Below are positions 57,032 to 64,000 of a stretch of DNA of 64,000 bases, piece after piece. The DNA is from Eledone cirrhosa (lineage: Eukaryota): NCBI GenBank assembly GCA_964016885.1, contig OZ024750.1, forward strand, positions 10,478,001 through 10,542,000. The letters are read 5' to 3'. Position 1 is the first letter of the stretch. Each line of letters starts with the position of its first letter. Below the pieces are notes generated by a model. The model did no database searches. It was given only the letters and a program-made list of their open reading frames with translations, and was not told the DNA's origin. Made by a program: the position numbers and the translations under genes.

Positions 57032-58062
57032 TTACGTACGTAGATGTAAGTAGATACAAATGTAAAATAGGAAAAAAAAAATAATATCAGGTATTAAAAA
57101 CTAAAACTAAAAACTATATATAATAAAAGAAACATATAGGAAATCTCGGAATAAATTTAAAGAGAATGGCGGAAAGTAAAATAAAATGAATAAACAGATA
57201 TACAATACGTTTTTCTTTTTTTATCGAGAACGATAATAATACGGACTATAAATAAATAAATGAATAAATGAAAGCTGTAGATGAATCAAATAAAATTATC
57301 CCATTGGGATACCATAAGTAATTACACAATTTTATTTATACGACCGGCAATTTTGTAAAGTGGTTTGCCACCAGGGTTTCAAATATGGCGGCGGTTCTAG
57401 AACGCTAGCGGAACAGAGCTGCCGTGAACGAGTGGAAAAATAGGATTGTATAAAAATGGAATGTGTTGTACTGTGTTGTGTTGCATTGGTTGGTGATGTT
57501 GTTGCTGGCGAAGTTGTTACTACTTGCAGATGGTGGTGGTGGTGTTGTTGCCGGCGAAGTTGTTACTACTTGCGGGTGGTGGTGGTGGTGGTGGTGGTGC
57601 AGGGTTGTGAGTGAGTTGGAGAGGATGGTGAGAAGGATAGTACAGCTTGAAAGATGTAAGTGGAGCTGTTGTTAGGTGGTGGTGGGTGGGTATATGATTA
57701 GGGCGGAGCTGTAAAATTCTGGATATGTAAGAGATGTTATGTAAAAAAAAAGGTGATAGAACGCAATAGCTGGAAGAAGTAAGAGTTTAAATGGTAAAGG
57801 TGAATGTCAAGACGATTTTTGAGATGAAAATTGAAAAATGGGCGAAAGAAATATCGCAAAAAGATGGAAGAGAATGAAAATATGAGATAAATGTGAAAAC
57901 ATTAAAATTATCATAACTGTGTAAGGGATACAGGAAAAAAAATATTAAAAACATTATAAGTAATCAAAGCATCATTAAATATATTATTCGACAATGTGAA
58001 TGCAACACACATGAAGACATACACATATACACACACATTGAGTGTTGAAATAGTTCCTATTA

Positions 58063-58123
<61 letters not shown>

Positions 58124-58293
58124 GATATATACATATATATACATATATATATATATACATATATATGTGTGTGTGTGTATATATATATATATATACACAT
58201 ATATATATATATATTTATATATACAATTATTAAACATATATATTTATATATATACATATATATATATATTCATATGTATGTGTTTGTATGTGC

Positions 58294-58334
<41 letters not shown>

Positions 58335-58341
<7 letters not shown>

Positions 58342-58368
58342 TAATCTTCTCTTGGTCTCCCTCTCTCT

Positions 58369-58408
<40 letters not shown>

Positions 58409-58442
58409 AGAGAGAGGGAGACCAAGAGAAGATTAATAAATA
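58335..58442. repeat. Inverted repeat (~36-bp arms) around a (TA)n run
   Basis: tttattaatcttctcttggtctccctctctctcc / ggagagagagggagaccaagagaagattaataaa. Confidence 0.9.
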
Positions 58443-58774
58443 GATAAACATCTTTCCATACATAAACACATTTATAAGTAAGTACATACCTCAAATCATA
58501 TTATATTATATATTATTTGTAACAAAATCCAGGTAGAAAGATTGTGCTAGTGGTCATTATATACTTACCTGAACATCTGTTAAATCTTTCAACAGGTGAA
58601 ACATTGCCAAGTCTAAAACTTGAAACATAAAGATAGATAGTCTAAGATAAGATACTCTTACCAAATGTAAATAAATAATTACAGGAATAAAGAAAATTAG
58701 ATTTATGTCTTAGAAGCAATTAAAAATCAAACAAGAATAGTAGAAAAGTACATATAGTATATATATATATATAT

Positions 58775-59045
58775 ATAAAATATTAAAAAAATAATGAATA
58801 AAACAATGAAACAGTTCCTTATATTAAACAAAAAAAGTTCATTATTTAACGATCGTTTTGTTTAATATAAGGAACTGTTTCATTGTTTTATTCATTATTT
58901 TTTAAATATTTTATCTTGACTCTGTATTCCGTTTATCTTTCACCGAAAGTGATTTTTGAATGCATCTCTTCTTTCCATGATATCCGGATTACATTGAGTT
59001 CTTCATACGGATTGGACACTACCGTAAACTTTTGGTAGATTTATC

Positions 59046-59050
<5 letters not shown>
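58775..59050 (+). mobile_element. Fold-back with 3' tail, unclassified family
   Basis: Arms of about 58 bp (58775-58834 / 58856-58914), then about 135 bp of unique tail, all between TA runs. Confidence 0.65.
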
Positions 59051-59109
<59 letters not shown>

Positions 59110-59114
<5 letters not shown>

Positions 59115-59295
59115 GTGAGGTTTTTTTTACAAAATGAAAAAAAGAGGTGTCCTACACGAGTGAAAGTATAAGGAAAAAAGATGAAATCGAAAATGCATCT
59201 GGAGTCTTTTAAAAAAAAAAAAAAAATTTATTTGGTTATATTTAAAAAAAAAAGACTCCAGTTGCATTTTAGATTTCATCTTTTTTCCTTATATA
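59110..59295 (-). mobile_element. Fold-back with tail, unclassified family
   Basis: tataaggaaaaaagatgaaatc..aaatgca.ctggagtctttt and its reverse complement at about 59250-59294. A single arm also occurs at 49915-49950. Confidence 0.65.
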
Positions 59296-59458
59296 TATGT
59301 CAATATTTTAACAATATGCCCACCCCCCTAAAAAAATAATATATATGTAATAAATGTAATCTGAGTTTTTCGAATATTAATAATAATATTCGATTCGTTT
59401 GCAATTATGCAAACAAGCCTCATTTTTAAAGCCATGTATGTATATATACATGTACATG

Positions 59459-59493
<35 letters not shown>

Positions 59494-59650
59494 GCACACA
59501 CATACACAGATATTTCAACACACACACACACACATATATGTATATATATGTATATATATGTATATATATGTATATACATATATGTATAATATATATATAA
59601 TACATTTATAATTATGTATATATATATATATAATATATATATATATATAC

Positions 59651-59686
<36 letters not shown>

Positions 59687-59756
59687 GAATATATATATAT
59701 ATATATAAATGTATATATATATATATAAATAAATGTATATATATATTTCATATATA

Positions 59757-59799
<43 letters not shown>

Positions 59800-59856
59800 A
59801 TATATATATATATATATATAAATGTATATATATATATAAATAAATGTATATATATA

Positions 59857-59952
<96 letters not shown>

Positions 59953-60419
59953 ATATATATAAAATATATATATACATATATTTATATATATATATACGTA
60001 TATATATATATATATATACGTATGCATCTGTGTGTGGGGTATGTAAACATATGTTACACACACATATACAATGATAAAGAAACCAAGACGTTGGTTACAG
60101 GTGATATTTATGTTGTTATCTAGAATCTTGTCAGTGTTTGGCAGGAATACTTAATATCGTAAACACTTTCTTCTTTCATCTTTCTTTCAGAGAAATTGAA
60201 AATATATTGCTTCCTCTGCTAAGTGATACACATGTGTATGTATGCATATATATATGTATATATATGTATATATATATATATATATATGATGTTATAATGT
60301 CGTACTTTACTGTTTTCATTGGTAAGATAAGGCTCCGTGCACTTTACCGGAAAAGAACCTGGAATAATTAAGGGCAGTTGAGGTAGCAGAGCATATAATA
60401 TTCAAATTTTAAGAAAGCC

Positions 60420-60596
60420 TCCCGCCGAGGTTAACTTTGCCTTTCATCCTTACGGGGTCGATAAAATAAAGTACCAGTAATGCACTGGGTAATTGCTGGC
60501 CTTGTGCCCTACATTTGGCACAAGGCCAGCAATTACACCAGTGCACTACTGGTACTTTATTTTATCGACCCCGTAAGGATGAAAGGCAAAGTTAAC
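60420..60596. mobile_element. Two truncated family 1 SINEs, tail to tail
   Basis: + copy 60420-60512 and - copy 60514-60596. Confidence 0.85.
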
Positions 60597-60648
60597 ATAA
60601 AACGCAAAAAAAAAAAAAAACCGAGTTTGATTTTTTAAATCTTAATTT

Positions 60649-60784
60649 ATTCATATGTCCTTATATTTTGAGTTTAATATCTCTTCATTCAAGGAAAATA
60701 AAAGAACTATTCCAGTGTTCGAATAGCTCCTTTATTTTCCTCGGATGAAGAGATATTAAACTCAAAATATAAGGACATATGAAT
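60649..60784. repeat. Fold-back (64-bp arms) with a degenerate minimal hammerhead-like motif
   Basis: Arms 60649-60712 / 60721-60784. Motif tcct-CGGATGA-a-GAG-atattaaa-CTC-AAAA-TATA-agga. Confidence 0.6.
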
Positions 60785-61160
60785 TTAAGGTTAAAAAAAA
60801 AAGTGTGTGTGTGTGTATGCTTCAGTTTCGTCTTGTAAAATAATTGTTTCTACTTTAGGCACAAGGCCAGCAATTACCCAGTGCATTACTGGTACTAGGA
60901 CAGTGTTTAATTATCTTGATAGACACTGCGAACCCGAATGAACCAACAGTGTTGTCGGTATGTGTCGAAACTGTCAATTTCGGTAGCTGATAACCACGTA
61001 GTTCTTGTTTCTACCTGTTGCCAATTTTCCACTCACTATATATGGTTTAACAGCTGATGAAGGATTTCTTCTCTTGTTTCGTACATATTACCATCTTAAA
61101 CTTTGTTTACTGTAACCACACAGCTCGCTTCGTTTCTTGTAATTTTATATATATATACAA

Positions 61161-61206
<46 letters not shown>

Positions 61207-61792
61207 TAGTCCGTCACGTCTCATCGTTAATTATGGATAATTCATAGGATTGTTCAGCATTTTAACTTTATTTAAGTTTGGTTCATTTTTTTTCTTCATT
61301 ATCTCTAAAATCTGGTTGTTTCTAATACAACCTGAAATCGGAAAACCCACGTCGTGTATTTTGTGTCATGTATTCTGTTTTTTTTTTTTTAACTTGTGTG
61401 AACACCAAGCTGGAAACCTATGAATACACAATAATACAAACAACGAAACACATGTTTAGGAAAAGTAAATAAAGGTAAAAACACGTAAATAGAAATGAAA
61501 TATATAAATAGATAGATAAATAAATAAAGTATTAGTAATTGTAGAATAAATAGGAATCTCTTTGAGAATGTGATGTAAGTACACAGTACATAACAGAAAG
61601 TATCAATTTCCTCAATATTTCGAAATTGTAACATTTTTTACTATATTTATATATTTATTTAGTATATATATTTTTTGTTTCTATTTCTGAGGGAGACATC
61701 GTTTCTTTTTTATTTCTATAAAAGCAGAGGAAATGAATAGGGAGAATTGTTGTTATATTTATATATTTATATAGAGATTCCTGACTTCTTAT

Positions 61793-61858
<66 letters not shown>

Positions 61859-61971
61859 ATATATATATATATATAAACAGAAACACAGACACACTCACAC
61901 AAACAGACACTCACAGAAACACAGAAAAACACACACACAAACACATACACAGCACACACTAGCGGGTGCGT

Positions 61972-62004
<33 letters not shown>

Positions 62005-62063
62005 AACACATATATATCTATATATAATAAAACAAGGACGAATGGTTACTCCTTCATTACGCT

Positions 62064-62159
<96 letters not shown>

Positions 62160-62559
62160 TATGAGAGAGAGAGAGAGAGATTCTACTCTTTCGACTGAAC
62201 ATTTATTGTGGGATTCTGTTACTTGCTTCACCTCACCTCACCCTCCGACCCCACCCTACTACCTGCCCTCCACTCCCACCCTCCCACCTCGCCTCACCCT
62301 CCCATCCAACCCTACTACCTGCCCTCCCTTCCCACCTTACCCTCCCACCCTCCCGCCTGCCCTCACCCTCCCACCTCACGCCCACCCCGTTTTTTTTTAT
62401 TTCGGTATTTTCCCAATAATTACATGTTAAATAATTGAAACTATTTTCTGATATTTCAGGTATATTTTTATATCAAACATGTGGTAATATTGATACCGTA
62501 TAATCTCCCTAACATCAATATATGTTATACTTTTCTAAATAGAAACATTTAGATATATA

Positions 62560-63360
62560 AGTATATATAGATAGATATAAAGATATACACACATGTAGAT
62601 AACCATAAACATTTACACATGTAGGTAGACATAAACATTTACACATGTAGGTAGATATAAATATACACACACAAGTAGGTAGATATAAAGATATACACAC
62701 ATGTAGATAGATATAAAGATATACATACATGTAGGTAAACAAAGCTATACACACATGTAGGTAGATATAAAGATATACATACATGTATGTAAACATAAAA
62801 GTATACACACATGTAGGTAAAATAAAAATATACACACATGTAGATAGACAGAAAGATATACACACATTTAGGTAAAATAAAGATATACACACATGTAGAT
62901 AGATATAAAGATATACTCACATGTAGGTAGATATAAAGACACACACATACATATGTAGACAAAGGCATACATACACATGTAGATATACATAAATATATAT
63001 ACACACATGTAGATAGGCATAAAGACATACACACACATGTAGATATACAAAGACACACGCACATACATGTAGATAGGCATAAAGACATACACACACACAC
63101 ACACATACACATAAATACACACACATATGCACACGTAGATACACATAAACACACACACACACACGTATATATACATAAATACACACACATACACACGTAG
63201 ATACACAAAACCACACACATACACACGTAGATACTCACTCAAAGCCATTCACAGACACACACACATAAAGCCACACACACACACACGCATATATACACAT
63301 AAAGCCACACACACACACACGCATATATACACATAAAGCCACACACATATAGATACACAA
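62560..63360. repeat. Degenerate minisatellite ACACATGTAG(A/G)TAG
   Basis: Seen directly, ~30-bp period. Confidence 0.85.
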
Positions 63361-63506
63361 AGCCCAAACATACATGTTATTCCTCTAAGATTCAATATAT
63401 CGACAATCGATTTATCTAATTAATTATTTTTTTAAAATTTTTTTTTCATCGATGAATTTCTCAAGCAAGAAATCATTGTTTTGTGTGACATGGTTTCTCC
63501 ACGTTA

Positions 63507-63700
63507 AATAATTGTTTCTACTTTTGGCACAAGGCCAGCAATTATTCAGTGCATTACTGGTACTTTATTTTATCGACCCCGTAAGGATGAAAGGCAAAGT
63601 TAACCTCGGCGGGATTTGAACTCAGAATGGCAAGGGCCGTAACTCTATGCGTCAAAGCATGGCGTCCGACCCTCTACCGATACTGCCAATCCACTGCCCT
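63507..63700 (-). mobile_element. SINE family 1, full length (short variant)
   Basis: Complete from head to tail. Confidence 0.9.
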
Positions 63701-64000
63701 CTTGTTAATAATGATTCGAGGTATATCTAGCTACTGTTACTTCAGGTCAAGTAACCACACAGAGCCTCCTTCACTGGCATGTAGTACTGACTGTTATATT
63801 ATACAGAGATTTATCGGTTCTGGTATACAGAGAATTGATGTTTTCGCACATAAACATGGAGGTTACAAAGTTTGGTTTTGATTGGTTATTCGTTTTATCG
63901 ATTTTATCGATTTTATCGATCTCTCACCACTACAGGAGGAAATCCCAATGATTCTCAGTAACATAACTCATCGTTGGTCATATATATACGAGGGCAATCC

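Noticed and set aside
58560-58625. Minus-strand donor CAG|GTAAGT and a small exon
   Set aside because: A single consensus match is expected by chance in 64 kb.
63986-64000. TA-CGAGGG mariner-like TIR start
   Set aside because: Cut by the window edge, with no partner TIR visible.

Overview
AT-rich, microsatellite-saturated eukaryotic non-coding DNA. The SINE and MITE families look cephalopod (octopod)-like, which is my inference from recalled repeat sequences. No protein-coding gene is supportable, and nearly all listed ORFs are translations of (TA)n/(CA)n/(CCA)n repeats. The window holds two or three tRNA-derived SINE families, decayed LINE fragments (RTE, CR1-like, R4/Dong-like), MITEs (Tc1/mariner, pogo/Tc2, piggyBac with an adjacent empty site, hAT) and several satellites, including a SINE-derived 53-bp array with a 3-unit higher-order repeat. 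The main result is at least five or six unrelated families of short fold-back insertions embedded in (TA)n tracts, built as an inverted arm plus a sense arm and a 3' tail. Most carry a hand-foldable type I hammerhead ribozyme, several with non-canonical cores (U3-A8 swap, A4, G4) or enlarged stems. This fits remnants of microsatellite-targeting Penelope-like retroelements. All folds were done by eye, and no database or activity evidence is available.
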